In this document: piece by piece, positions 38,144 to 56,106 of the stretch | Numbering within the stretch: the first letter of the stretch is position 1 | Layout of the letters: each line of letters begins with the position of its first letter | NCBI RefSeq assembly: GCF_009914755.1 | Contig: NC_060941.1 | From: the human T2T-CHM13v2.0 reference genome, Homo sapiens | Strand: one strand, 5' to 3' | Length of the DNA: 64,000 nucleotides | Position numbers and translations under genes: made by a program | The notes under the pieces: model-generated | Seen by the model: the letters and a program-made list of their open reading frames with translations, nothing else | Told to the model about the DNA's origin: nothing | Databases searched by the model: none

Positions 38144-38874
38144 ACTCCCCATATCTTAACTGTGGAATCTCCAGACCATGTCCAGTCAGTAATCCATTAT
38201 TAGTTTTGTCTCATGTGCCCTAACCACCTTCTCTTTACCTTCTATTTCAGCCCCAAATAAAAGTTACTATTCTTGGCTCAATTCTCCAAATCCTTTGAAG
38301 GTAACTGGTGACACTATAGCTTTTCTTTATGTGCCACCTTGTGATCCAGGCTTCCTAGTTATCTGTGAATATTCACATCAGGTTACCTGGACTCCATAGA
38401 GGCAGCACCAACAAAAAACATAATTGGGATATACACCACTTTTAGACTTTCGATTACATGCCCCACCTTATAATGTGTGAACTGATTTCACTTCTAGACA
38501 TTCAACTTTCAAACAGGTATGCTCTGTATTAAACACCAACATCCTCCTTCCCTTTCACTCAAGGGACATCGGGAAAACAAAAAGATGCAATGCAAAGTTC
38601 ACATATAAGGATAATTATTTGTGATAATGGTGACAATGATCCCTATTTCTTTTCCTGCTCTTATGAATTTGCAAATGTCCTACAAACTGTATTAAATGAG
38701 TCTGTGAAAGTTCATCTAAGTCCCTAGTATTATTATTTTTTAACTCTCTAGAAAGTCCTAGCCACGTAGCTCAAAGCAAAATAGAAAAGATCCAAATCAT
38801 TCATAGGACAAGTGTTGAGGCAACTTTCAATTACTAAATATATTTTTAGCCATTTAAAACTAAAAGAAAAGTAA

Positions 38875-39180
<306 letters not shown>

Positions 39181-40166
39181 TTATGATTTAAATTTTATTT
39201 TAGGTTTGAAAAGTGAGCTATATATCACTTAACAGTCAGGAAGCGTGCAGTAAACTCAATCTCTGAACCGACGTTACCTAAATCAAAGATGTTCGTTTTC
39301 TCATACTCATCTCTAAAACAGAGGTAGACAGAGAAAGTGCTTCTTTTTCCGAGATTGTAATGAATTCAAACCTATTCATTAACTTTATAGCAGTTATTTT
39401 GGTTTCACAGTGAAACATAAAAAGTTCTATTTTATTGGAAAGAAAACCAAGTAGCTATCTAAGTAGTTCATGAGAAGGAATTTGTTCTACTGTTTTAAGT
39501 GCATGAGGGATAAAGCAAGACTTAGAAATATTTTTGTTAGACCATTTCATTTTAATAGTATTTTCTATTATAACAGAAATGACCTACAGTAAAATAATTC
39601 AAAATACCCTTACTTCTGAAGGTTATTTCCACATAAAATTGTAACATTACTATGATCTAAATTTAAATAAATTTTCTATTGATGTTAAAAGTTTGATAAT
39701 ATACAGTTTGTTAAAGTGGTTTGGTCACTATTTGGGCACGATCGACTTCAAACCATAGGTGTTTAAATGAACCAAAGTCTTTTGTTTATTTCTATAGCTT
39801 TTTGCCTAGTTTGATTAATAACTAGTATACCAGTCATTCACATATAGTCATAACTGGCCAACCAAGGTTTACTTGGTAGGAGGGTGACAGTTTACCCTTT
39901 AATACCACCTGATTAAAATACACAAGATGTTCTACACAAATAACAACAAATTGTTTATTTCTAAGAACATAATTTTCCTTTTATAGGAAGCTCTCAACTT
40001 TAATTTGGAGTCACATTTTAATTTTATAATGTAATAATTCAATAAATGGTCATTAGATATTGGGTTATTTGGAAAACTGCAAAAAATCAAACTTCTGACA
40101 ATGTCCTTTAAAATAATTAACTCAGCTGGAAATAGTTAAACAAGACTTAAAAATACAAATCATAAT

Positions 40167-40459
<293 letters not shown>

Positions 40460-40914
40460 AAAATACAAATCATAACGTGAATATTCAAATGATTGTACAG
40501 TGTAACAATTGTATGCAAATAATTAAGAATAGTGACTATAATAAAAAAGTTTAATAGATTTGACATCAACATTTAAAGAATATAACTTACATATACGAAA
40601 ATAAGCCATCAAAACTTGAAGCTGTCAAATTGTGAAAAACAGTAGTAAACAATAAAAATCACTGACTCATTGGAAACACTGCAAAATGTCATGAAAACAT
40701 TTCAGAAATGAAGGTACGTTAATGAAAAATAATCATAGTTTTAAATTCAGTCTCACCTCACCTTTAAGAAACAGTGTAAAACAGCAATAAATGGGATAAT
40801 TTATATTACTGCAATAAAATGCAAATATATATATATTGTGTACTAGCACCCTCTCTTCAATGTATACTTTAACCCAATAGCTTTCTACCACTGGAAATTT
40901 ATCATAAGAAAATA

Positions 40915-41215
40915 ATGGTGGCTTACACCTATAATACCAGCACTCTGGTAGGCTGAGGCAGTAACGTCAGTTGAGCCTAGGAGTTCCAGATCAGCCTGGG
41001 CAAAATAGTGGGATTCTGTCTCTACCAAAAAAAAAAAAAAATGCCAGTCATAGTGGCTGGCACCTGAATCCTTGCTGCTTGGGAGACTCATATGGACCTA
41101 GGCTGATTTGAGCAGGGGTATCATTTGAGCACAGGAGGTCAAGTCTGCAGTGAGCTATGATCATTCCATCGCTGCAGCCTGGGTGACAGAGCAAGACCCT
41201 GTCACACACGCAAAA
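40915..41215 (+). mobile_element. Diverged Alu (AluJ-like) with TSD AAGAAAATAAT
   Basis: GGTGGCTTACACCTATAATACCAGCAC...GCCTGGGTGACAGAGCAAGACCCTGTC. Confidence 0.85.
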
Positions 41216-42077
41216 GAAAATAATTCAGAATGCGCCCAAAAATATATAAATATATTTCTGAAAGCTGCATTTGTAATACTGCAAAATCAATGCCACATTG
41301 AGACAGGGGTACCAAGATTAAGGTAGAGTCACCAATGACAATTAAAATCTGGAGTCAGAATGCTGTATCTAAGTAGGACAACAATTTCTCTGCTGCAGCC
41401 TACCATTACCATGCAGCAAAGTTGCTCTATTACTTCTGAATTTTCCACATTCTTAAAGAAAAGCAGAAAATCCAGTTTCTAAGACAAAAATCAAGTTATA
41501 AGTATTGACAGAAAAATCACTTTTAAATAATTGTAAAAGTAACAACACACTATAACAGTAAATCTAATTCAGCCTGATACCAGGCTGTACCAATAGATAT
41601 AATGAAACTGCATAATATTGGTAAAACAATTGTATGGTAGAAAAATACTGGCATAAAAATGTTCATAGCAAATTCATAAATGGAAAAAGTAGTCTGTTTT
41701 ATTTAAATAAAAAGGAGCTAAATGAATGGCAGACAACTACAAATTAATAGTTTATACCTTTCAAGTTTAGAATTAAGGATATATTTTTCTTTATTTTTTG
41801 TTTTCATTATTGTGATGTATTATGCTGAAATTAGCAAAAAAAAAAAAAAAAAAAAAAAAAAAGAGAGTATCTGACCAATACAGAAATTTGTATTGAGAAG
41901 TAAGGTGTGTCCCTAACAAACCCACCTATGAGTCAGTTTGAAGGTAGCAAGAAAATTTTTATCACTGTCATATACTTCAGAAGTATTTGTGTACCTAATG
42001 ATTTCCAGTGTCATCAAACATAGGTAAGAACACTGAGTATTAGCACTGGTTGATATTTGGTCTCTACAATAGTGAGT

Positions 42078-42145
42078 ATGGTGGTTAATTTTAGATGTCA
42101 ACTTGAATGGACTAAGGGTTGCCTAGAGAGCTAGTAAAACCTATT
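42078..42145 (+). mobile_element. MLT2-like LTR 5' fragment
   Basis: TGGTTAATTTTAGATGTCAACTTGAATGGACTAAGGG resembles the MLT2 start. Confidence 0.5.
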
Positions 42146-45100
42146 AAAGTATTATTTAATATAGTATTGTAGAATATACGTTAAATACATTATGTTACAT
42201 GTATTCTAATGCAACACATTATAATATATTAAAGACATTATTCCATTAATACAGTACTTAGTATAGTATTACTTAATACATTAAAATGGTAACTAAGCTT
42301 GACGAATCCCTGAGCAAAGCCAGTTAGACCTCATAAGCAGCCTCTCAACCTTGCTTGTTTTGCAAACATTAACAAAACTTCAGGTATTTTTTGTAAATGC
42401 CTATATGAAAGAAAAACAGAACTTTCTTTTTCTTTCCAAATAGGAGTGTTTACTATAGTTTTCCTGTTCCTGTATCACATTACACACTGAATGTGTGGGA
42501 GAGCAGAGAGATTTAATTTACAAGTTTTAGATCAAGAGAGCATAACCAGATCCCAGGTTAAGACTTAACACTACAGAATACTCATGTTAGTAATACTCGT
42601 CCTATAAAAAGATACACTTTTCACTGTAATTGCTGCAAACAATAAAATACTGTAAAATAATATGCAGTGTGTTTGTGAAAGGTCAATAACATGTTTATAT
42701 TTTTGCTGTTGAAAAACTACACAAAAACAAATGACTACAACAGCAGATCAATTAGTATCAGTAGAATTATACCATCAAAAATTCCACTGAGCTTGAATGT
42801 AAGATCTGACATAACCAGATAATTCCATGGCAGGGGAATAAACTGCATTTACATTCTCTTTCTAACAATTAGTGCAAGCATATCCAGATAAACTATATTG
42901 ATTCTACATTATCTTAGAGTGAAATCACCTAATAACTTCTTCAGTAGTCTTTCTTTTAATTTTTATCCTAATTATCCGTCTGAAAATGATCTTTTAAATT
43001 GGGAAAACTCTGATTACATTACATCCTTCAGTTCAGAGTAGCATTGGGTAAAGACATTTTGGCTGCAGACAAATCACTCTTTCATAGTCATCAGCTTTCA
43101 GAACATTCTAAGACTTTATTTTCCATCTAAACTTTTCAGTTAATTTGACTCTAACTTTTAATTGATGTTACTGAGCAGCAAAGGAGCCTGAAGGACACTG
43201 CTTTGTTTGGAAAAATGAAGAAAGAAAGGAATGTAAATCCTGTAAATGTAATTCTAACGAAATCAAGATAAAATATAGTGTTTATAAAAGGAAATACAAT
43301 TATTTCTAATAACTGTACTTTCATTTCAAATAATTTTCAACAAATTAGTGATGTAGAATAAATACAATTCCAGAAGAATCCAGGATTTTTTTTCTATTGC
43401 ATGGCTTTTTATTAAATTATAGCTACTTGAAGGCTTTGAGAAATTGAACACCAGTAAAACTGCCCTTCTTTTGTTAATATGTTTTGTTTTCTTTTTTCAT
43501 TTTTAATTCAACTAGTCATTCACAAGAAAAAATTCACTCAGGTAAACTTTTTTGATTATTCTTTCATAGCATTTAACGCGTGTTATTTATTGTAGTCTTT
43601 TGTCTATGAATCTATTAATGCTAAGAAACTGAACATTCCTAGGAGTGTCCTAATAAGAAAGAAACATTAACAATTTCAGCTGTATTTTTACTTAAATAAA
43701 TATTCATATAGTTTACCTTTCAGGATCATAACAAACACTTTAATTATATAAGAAGGTTTTTGTATATACATCAGACTACCAAGAAGTCATATCTGATTTT
43801 GTGCTTTTCTACTACTCTTCCCCCAAACACTTGTTCAAAAAGTTTACTTTTAAAGGGTCTGAACTGTGTGTCAAGCACTGACATCAGCATGTTACCTGAA
43901 TTAACTCATTAAACTCTTGTGATACTCATGTGGTATTAGCAGTGAAGAAACTGAAGCACAGAAGCTTCAAGTAAAATGTCCGGTTTTAGAGCAACTGAAC
44001 AGTAGAGTATGGAAGCCCAGTTACTGACCTTGTACCATTGCCCAGTATTGTGAACTGACCTAAAAAGGCCTATGAGATATCAACCCATTAAGATCCATGA
44101 CATAAAGAAAATTGTTTGTCCTACAATATCCCAATCTGGATGAAGGCACATAAAGAGAATATGCTTAAGCATGATGACAAAAAAATAAGAAAGAACTGTG
44201 AATGAACTTTACAAAACAGAAAAGAACACAAGGGACTTTGGAACCAAGTTGAAAATTAAATATGTTCATGTGCACATAACAAAAGAGTGATCATAAATAA
44301 ACTGTGTCAACACTGTACTATGAAGGTGAAACTTTCTTTTTAGGATTAGTTAAACCTTGTATAAGTTGTAAAAAAATGCAACCACATATATTGATGTACT
44401 AAACCCAATGTTTCTTTTGGCTTATATACTAAAAACAGGAATTCCTTCCTGTAATGAAGAAAAAACACAGGCATCAAGGAGTAACAAAATTAATGTCTTA
44501 GAATCTAAAATATAGAAACACCAATTAAGGCTTTTTTTACATAATACATGCAAAAACTGCATCAGAATTTACAAAAAATCTACAGCGTAATTGGTTCTGG
44601 CAATAAGCAGTCACATTCTGCTGGAGGTAACTTTAGTAACGTCAAGCAAAGGTCTTAAAATTATGACAGGTGGTATTCATTTAAAATACTCTTAAGAGCT
44701 CTTAGAAATCAAGAACACAGTATCTGGACCCTTATCCACACTCAATCTCTTTCTAACTGGGAAATTTTGGGCAAAGTTTTAAACTTTCTTGAACATAAAA
44801 TGCCTAGCTAGCAATAACTTTAGAAAATACTAGGAGTTTGTAAAGTTACAAGAATCAAATGAGTTAATAAATGTAATGTACTTAATGTAATAATGTGCAA
44901 AATAATAATTCATTATTTTAATATCTAAATTCTCTAGCTTGTAGTTATTTTGAACAGATAAATATATATAATTAAAATTTCTAACATGTGTTTTTGATTA
45001 CTTATCATGTAGAAAAATACAGCTTTCCAGATGAAAATATAGTATATAATGTAGAAGTCACAAATAATATTTATTAAACTGGAATGCTATCATTTTAAAT

Positions 45101-46623
45101 TATTTTGGAGCTCATTAAAGTAAGTCTGCACTGGCCAACTTTTTATTTATTAATTAAATTTTTGCCTAGCACAGTTAATCTCCTTTTCTAAGACTTAATT
45201 CCCAAATCTATAGCCTTTCTTTTCCCATTTGGAGATGAGTGGGAGTACTGTTCCTTTCTTGCCAATCCCTTCCTCTATTTTCATTATAATAACCAATATG
45301 CCCTTGCCTAAGCATATGCCCCCAGTTAATAATACAGATTCACTGTACTGTCTCACCAAATTTAACCTGTTATTTTTGGAAACAGGGTTTGTTTAAAAAT
45401 GGGTTTGTTATTTCTTAATACATGCCAAATGTCATCAGTATATCGTGGTCCAGATGTATTCTAAATACCAATTGAAAAACATTCTTAAAGCTAAGAACAC
45501 ACAACATACTTCACAGAGTGAACAACTGTGAGAAGCCTGGGGATTGTAGGCATTCTTGGAAAACTATTATTTTTTTTTCCATGTGTGTCAAGCATTTGCA
45601 TAGGTTATATGTTTTATAGCTCCAGTTATAAAAATAGGGAATAAATTATATTCCCTCACATCTGTACAAAATAGCAAGAATACACATCTACAGAAGTTTA
45701 AAGTATTTACTCTTTTTTTTTAGTTAATACGTTTCAGAACCTTAAAGAGAGCAAATCATAATACCCATTGATTATAATGTCACATTTTAGTTATTACATT
45801 ATTACATTTACTTATTATAACTTTTAGAATTTTAGGAGGGAAAAAATAATTCTGAGTGTGAAATTTGAATATTTGCACCCTAAAAATTTCCAATTCCATT
45901 TTCAATAATTTAGTAGAATGTTTCTTAGAGAAATAAGAAGACAATTAAAAATATGAAGTACTACTAGGTTTTCAAGTATATTGCAAAGCCATAAATAATA
46001 TATAATCTATCAGTGGTACAATAATTAATATATTTTTTCAATTATATTCAGTTGTAAGAACTCAATGCTCCTAAAATTTTTAAATAATACTATATAAAAG
46101 CAACTCAAATGATATCAGCTCAAATTCATGTATACATCTTTGCAGCTAACGTCTTTTAAAATTAAAAATAATTTAAAATTTTGTCATACATTTATGAACC
46201 CATTTTAAAGAACATAACATGTCATACAAATGTTAATTTAATACACAATGCATTAGTAAAAACTGTTCTGTATACATATGTTTATGTTAGAAAACTATTT
46301 TTAAACAGCAATTCGATTCTATTGATTCATCAAATTATTAAATCACAACATTGCTAAACTCAATTTTTACTCTCCTAAGCATATTGGAATCTATGAGAAT
46401 ATACAGTAGAGATAATAATTTGAATAGAATTTAACTTATATGTTTTAGCAAAGAAGAAATAAAAACTGGAATATTATGGGTTTCTAACATGCCTATTTGT
46501 TTGTTAGTTTTCCTTTTAAAAATTTCTTTATAGAAGCATTTTGAGTGAAGCCCACAGATTATTTAATAACTTATTAGTTATTTAAAAAAGTCTGCCTTGT
46601 TGACAATGTGGAAAACACCATAG

Positions 46624-46999
46624 AGTGGGGTCCCCCACCCCAGGAGCTGCAGACCAGTTAGCTGCTCATAACCTGTTAGGAACTGGGCCTCACAGCAGGA
46701 GGTGACCTGCGGGACAGGTAATGCTGGGTGGCATTACCACCTGAGCTCCGCCTCTTGTCAGAACTCAGAGCGGCATTAGATTCTCATAGGACCAGGAACC
46801 CTACTGTTAACTGCGCATGTGAAGAATATAGGTTGCACACTCCTTATGAGAATCTAATAACTAATGCCTGATGACGTAAAGTGGAAGAGTTTCACATACT
46901 CCCCCATCCCCACAACCCACTCACCCAGCCATCCCTGGTCTGTGAAAAATTTTCTTCCACAAAACTGGTCCCTGGTGCCAAAAAGTTTGGGGAATGCTG
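46624..46999 (+). mobile_element. MER1B-like hAT-Charlie DNA transposon (non-autonomous)
   Basis: GGGGTCCCC...CTGAGCTCCGCCTC...GCGGCATTAGATTCTCATAGG...CTGGTCCCTGGTGCCAAAAAGTTTGGGGA, with TIR-like ends. Confidence 0.85.
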
Positions 47000-47199
47000 T
47001 GTTAAGGTGAAAAAGGGTACATGTGGTAATTGTAAAAAAAAAAAGTTCAATAAATATAGGAAAAAACTCTAACATCATATGTATATGTGGACATATATAC
47101 TTACATATACATGATTTTCTGATTTGAAGAATGTATAAAAAATGAGAAAATGACATTGAAAACCTTTTTAAGGATCATTCATTAATATACTCTCGCTCT

Positions 47200-47562
47200 C
47201 TCTATATATGTATTATATACTATATAGTATATATAATATATAATACATATAATATATAGTATATTATATATTATATGTAATACATATAATATATAGTATA
47301 TAGTATATATATTATATACATATAATATATAATATATAGTATATATATTATATACATATACTATATAATATATAGTATATATATTTATTATATACATATA
47401 TAATATATAGCATATAGTATATAGTATATATTTATATACATATATTATATATTTTATATAATTTATATTTATATACATATATATTATATATAATTACATA
47501 TTCATATATGTATATATAATATATAATACATGTTTTATATATATTATATATATACATTTTAT
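47200..47562. repeat. (TA)n-rich low-complexity expansion adjoining an Alu monomer
   Basis: ~360 bp of TATA/TATAG/TACATA units. Confidence 0.92.
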
Positions 47563-47675
47563 ATAGACAGGGTCTCACTATGTTGCTCAGGCTGGTCTTA
47601 AACTCTAGCTCAAGTGATCCAGTCTTGGCCTCCCAAAGTGCTGGGATTACGGGCATAAGCCACTGTGCCTGGCCC
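47563..47675 (-). mobile_element. Alu left monomer/FLAM
   Basis: AGACAGGGTCTCACTATGTTG...CCCAAAGTGCTGGGATTACGGGCATAAGCCACTGTGCCTGGCC. Confidence 0.88.
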
Positions 47676-48330
47676 ATAGTTAAGTACTTAAGTCAAAACT
47701 GATCATTGTACCTCCTTTCTCTTCCTCGCTTCATTCTTGAAAGGAATTCAACACTGAAAAAGAGGTGGAGACTTAACTGAGTCATTCACAAATAAGAACT
47801 TTAGAAAAGTGAAAAAACATAGTTATACAAATCATTTCCAATGATTTGTTCATCTTTAAAACATAGGCCAATATTTCTATTTTACCCAACTTTACTCAGC
47901 TGTAGGATGCAGTCCAGAAACATCTTAGTGTAAGAGTATTTTTTCATAAAATGTAAGATATTTTATTCAAATTGAATGGCTGATCAGCCATAAGAATTCC
48001 ACTGTAAAGTAACCAAAGAAGTACAATTCTTACAAAACAATCATGAAATAGTTTTAAGAATTAAAGAAAAAGTAATCACTTTTCACCAGGAATCAAACTT
48101 TTAGTTGGCATAGCATAAAATAATTTCTCACACTGGCAAAAGGAAAACCTCCAGAAACCTCCAGGCAAATGTCCTTTCCCCACTCCCACTCCTAAAGAAA
48201 ATATGGGCTAGACCGAGGCACCATGATCTCTCCTGCCTCTTGGATTTGCTCTCTGTATCCCAGGGCTGTCTTCTAGTCTAATCTCACTCATAAAGCTGAG
48301 CAAATGGCATACCAAGACAGAGGATCTAAC

Positions 48331-48474
48331 ATGTGTTTGACCTTTTGGAGGCATCTCAAGTCCCTGGATTCCACCTCCTGTTCTCCGTATTTTCAAACAT
48401 GTTCTCGAATATGTGTTTGACCTTTCTGAAGTATCACTAGTCCCTGGATTCCACCTCCTGTTCTATATATTTTG
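48331..48474 (+). repeat. Diverged tandem duplication, period 80 bp
   Basis: ATGTGTTTGACCTTT...AGTCCCTGGATTCCACCTCCTGTTCT occurs at 48331 and 48411. Confidence 0.9.
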
Positions 48475-51394
48475 TAATGTTAATGTCCAATTTCATTTTT
48501 AAAATGTGAGTTTCTACACAAGTTGTTTCTTATTTGTACCCGAAGACTTTGAATAGGCTCTGGCACTCCCAGACATGGGATATCAAACAGATGCAGGCCT
48601 TAAGTAGGTCATAGGACTGGACTTACATACAAGTGGCTGTGGCTTGTGAGACTAGGTTGTAGTGGTTTTTTTGTTGTTGTTTTGTTTTTTCATTTTGTCT
48701 AAGGACTTGAAAACCTTCAGGGGAGACGTGAGTTAAGATTTGTCTTCTTCTAGTGATCTTCTTTTAAAACACAAATCAATCCTGTTAAGGAATCCATTAA
48801 ATTACTATTAGTGCGAATGGACTTTTTTAGGTAGCATGGATGAATTCAATGTAAATGCAAATGTAGTATGTGGAAGAAGAGCCATTCTCATTCTATGAAC
48901 ATAGGACAAGGATGAGAATATATATAACCTATAGTTAATGAAAAATATATATTTCTGATTTATGTGAAATCAATTTAAGAGATTACATAAATATATTCTA
49001 TAGATATAATATGATTTTCATCAGAGCACAGAGGATGAAGAGAGAAGAGAGAAGATAGGAGTGGTGGCTACTAGATCCTTTTGGGGGATTATTTTTAAAA
49101 AGGCAGTTTTTGGCAATAAAAGGGGACTAACACCTTCTAATAGATATCCACTGGCTTGCAGAAAACAAAGTGTCAGAAAATTTATCATTGGAGAAAAGTC
49201 AATGTTTCCATTAGTATTAATGTGGCTAAAGATGGCTCAAGGGTAAAATTATTCAAAATACTATGCATCACAATAGTGCCACCCTGTGGACTACTCTCTC
49301 TCTCACCCTATGGGGAAAGGGGCTATGTGAAAAGAAAAAGAATTTCTAGCGCAGCAAAACAAAATTCTTTAATTTTTTTACATAGAAATTGATAGTGTTT
49401 GCTATCAGTGATGTAATTATTTTACAAAGAAGCCCTTGAACTATGGCAGAACTTCTGGATGCTCTGTCACTATGTGTCAATCTCAATATATCAATCATAA
49501 CACGTGTGATTTGGGGTTAATATGAAGGAAAAACAAACTTCTCTTCGGTTAAGTATATTTTCCGAGATTTAAATTAGTTTCCCAATTTTTTTCCCCAGGT
49601 TTCCAAATTCTTAGTGTAACACCAACCAAATATCAAAATAGATTATTAGAGTTTCGATACAATAAATAAAATTAAAGAGTAAGCTTATAATTCACATTAT
49701 TTAATTACATGCATTATTAGAGAGGACATTTCATTAAAGCATGCAAGTTGCATTTTTTTTTTTTAAATTTTGACATGTAGATAGTTTAAACTAAAAGCCA
49801 GCCAACACTTTGATATAGCAGAAGACAACTGGGAAATGTCAGTTGACTAAAGTGGTTATTTAAAGAAAATAAGGAAACACAATATTCTTTTTGTCTATTG
49901 ATATGTGATGCTGTACTGTTATTGGGCAAACTTTTTAAATAATAGAAAACTCTAATGCTTACGATGACAAAAACATGTTCTGTAAAATAGCACTGTATAT
50001 GAAAATAGTACAAAAGGGGGAAATTAGAACTCTGACACCACAGTATCAATGAACATCACACAGACTGAAGATCACAGTAGTGAATGACCAACATCTTTAG
50101 GCTGGAAAGAGTGGGAAAAATTAAGAATTTCATGGAGATGTTATTTTCAAAAATAGACTCAATAAAATCACCAAACTCACCACTGGGTTCAGAATGTGAT
50201 CAACCATCTCTTTCACTTTTATGTTACCTTTGTGGAGTTTTATTAATGGAAATGAAGAAATTTACTAGAAAAACATGATTGCAGGCACTGTTAAATTTAC
50301 TTTCTCTTTGTATAATTTCATGAAAGTGACCTGAACTGCTTTGCAGCATTAGTAGGGAAAAAGATAAATTTATGAAATTAAAAGGTGAGAATACATAAAA
50401 AGTTTTTATCTTTCCAGTGAGAAAGTGATAATCATAATGTTTAGTTAAAGCTATCATCTAACCAAACCCATCAGTACGCTAATTGTTTTTAACTTGAGAT
50501 TTTAATAATGCTGAAGTATTTCCGTCACCTCAGTATTAGTGCTTCCTTGTTTAAATCTCAAAGGGCCACCATCCAAGGCTGCAAATATACAAATGATAAA
50601 ATTTTGGTATTTAAGAATACCCATCTTCTAGTAGGACAGCCATGACAATAATAATGGCTTTGATAGAAGAAAACAAGAAAATTTCAAGAAGATAAATACT
50701 AGGGAAAGTTTTTAGATTAACATGCAAGTATGATACCCTCCCTCACAAAAATAAAGTTCATTAACACTAAGCCTGTAAATTTCATAGAATACTTCTTGAA
50801 CTAGGAGAACTGGAATCACCCATCCTGTTAGAATGCAATTAATTGGACCCTCTTGAACCCGTATCTTGTGTGTCAGGAGTTGTAAATCTGTTAAGCATCT
50901 TCAGGCACTAAACAAGATCTGAATACTAATGGGTTCATTTATTTCACTGATTACTGTATGCAGATATGAAATTCCAGGCACTGATTTTTCATTAAACCAC
51001 TCTCTTAAGGTTAACTTGCCCCTCTCTTTTCACCTGAATCCATATGCTTGCCACGTAAATTGTAATATTGATTTTTAACATTTCCCCACAGTTCAAAAAT
51101 ATTGTTTGCAAAAAATCAAGGGCCTTTTCTAACAATTCATGTAATTCCTGTTATTAGCTAATGTGTAAGAGTAGGGAACAATTAAACATACTGTATACAA
51201 AATCTTACCATCCTGAATTGCACCCAAGATATTAGTTCAGTCATCCTTCAAATTACCTCACAACTAAAAAGGATCAGATACTTAAATAAAAACTTCAGGC
51301 AAGGTAGGAAAGAAGTCTTTTATCATCCCTGTATATTGCAAAAGTGTTCCATTCTCTCTAAATTCACATTATATTTATTAATGAGCAGCACATG

Positions 51395-51500
51395 GAAAGA
51401 AAGAAAATGAGAGAGAGAGAGAAAAAGAGAAAGAAGGAAGGAAGGAAGGAAGGAAGGAGAGAAGGAAGAGAAGAAAAGATAAAGAAGGAAAGAAGTCAGG
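51395..51500 (+). repeat. GA/GGAA purine microsatellite
   Basis: (GA)n and (GGAA)n runs. Confidence 0.85.
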
Positions 51501-52089
51501 ATGGTAGGAAAGTGAGAGACAGAAGGAGAGCTAGAGATAACGATGAGAGAATTAAAAGAGGGAAACTCTAATGTCTTTGATATCCCCCAATTTAAAAGAG
51601 AAGGATGTGACCCCCTCCCCCGTTTACATATAATGGAACAAGCCAAGTCTCCATTCACTGCATGTGGACAGTAAGAAAACTTGCATGGGGAAAACTTTTG
51701 GGGGGAAATGAAGGTGATTTCCGAGCTGCTACTGCAGTTATATATGACACTGACATTTATTTCCCATAATTCTTGCCCACAGGAAACACATCCTTTAAGA
51801 AACTGAATAAAATCAAGTTTGACATTCTCATAATCTGCAAGGTATCAACTTCCCTGAGAAGCTCACATTCCCCCAAAACACACACATGTATGTAAGGAGC
51901 GAGACATTCAGGAGATGAGCTGTGAAAGGTACTTCCACATTGTGAGGGTGCCAAGGATTTGGTTATTCCTGAACCTGAATCCGAAAAGCGGGGGTGGGGT
52001 TTGCGATGACAAATGAGGGTGAGAAGAATGTTTCCATGAAACCAGACACCCTTTTGGAATCTAGGCTGAGAATCAGGATCCCACCCCCT

Positions 52090-56106
<4,017 letters not shown>

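Noticed and set aside
41836-41862. Orphan poly-A as a retrocopy tail
   Set aside because: No recognisable upstream element or TSD.
47182-47677. Tyr/Ile-rich ORFs
   Set aside because: Translation of the (TA)n repeat.
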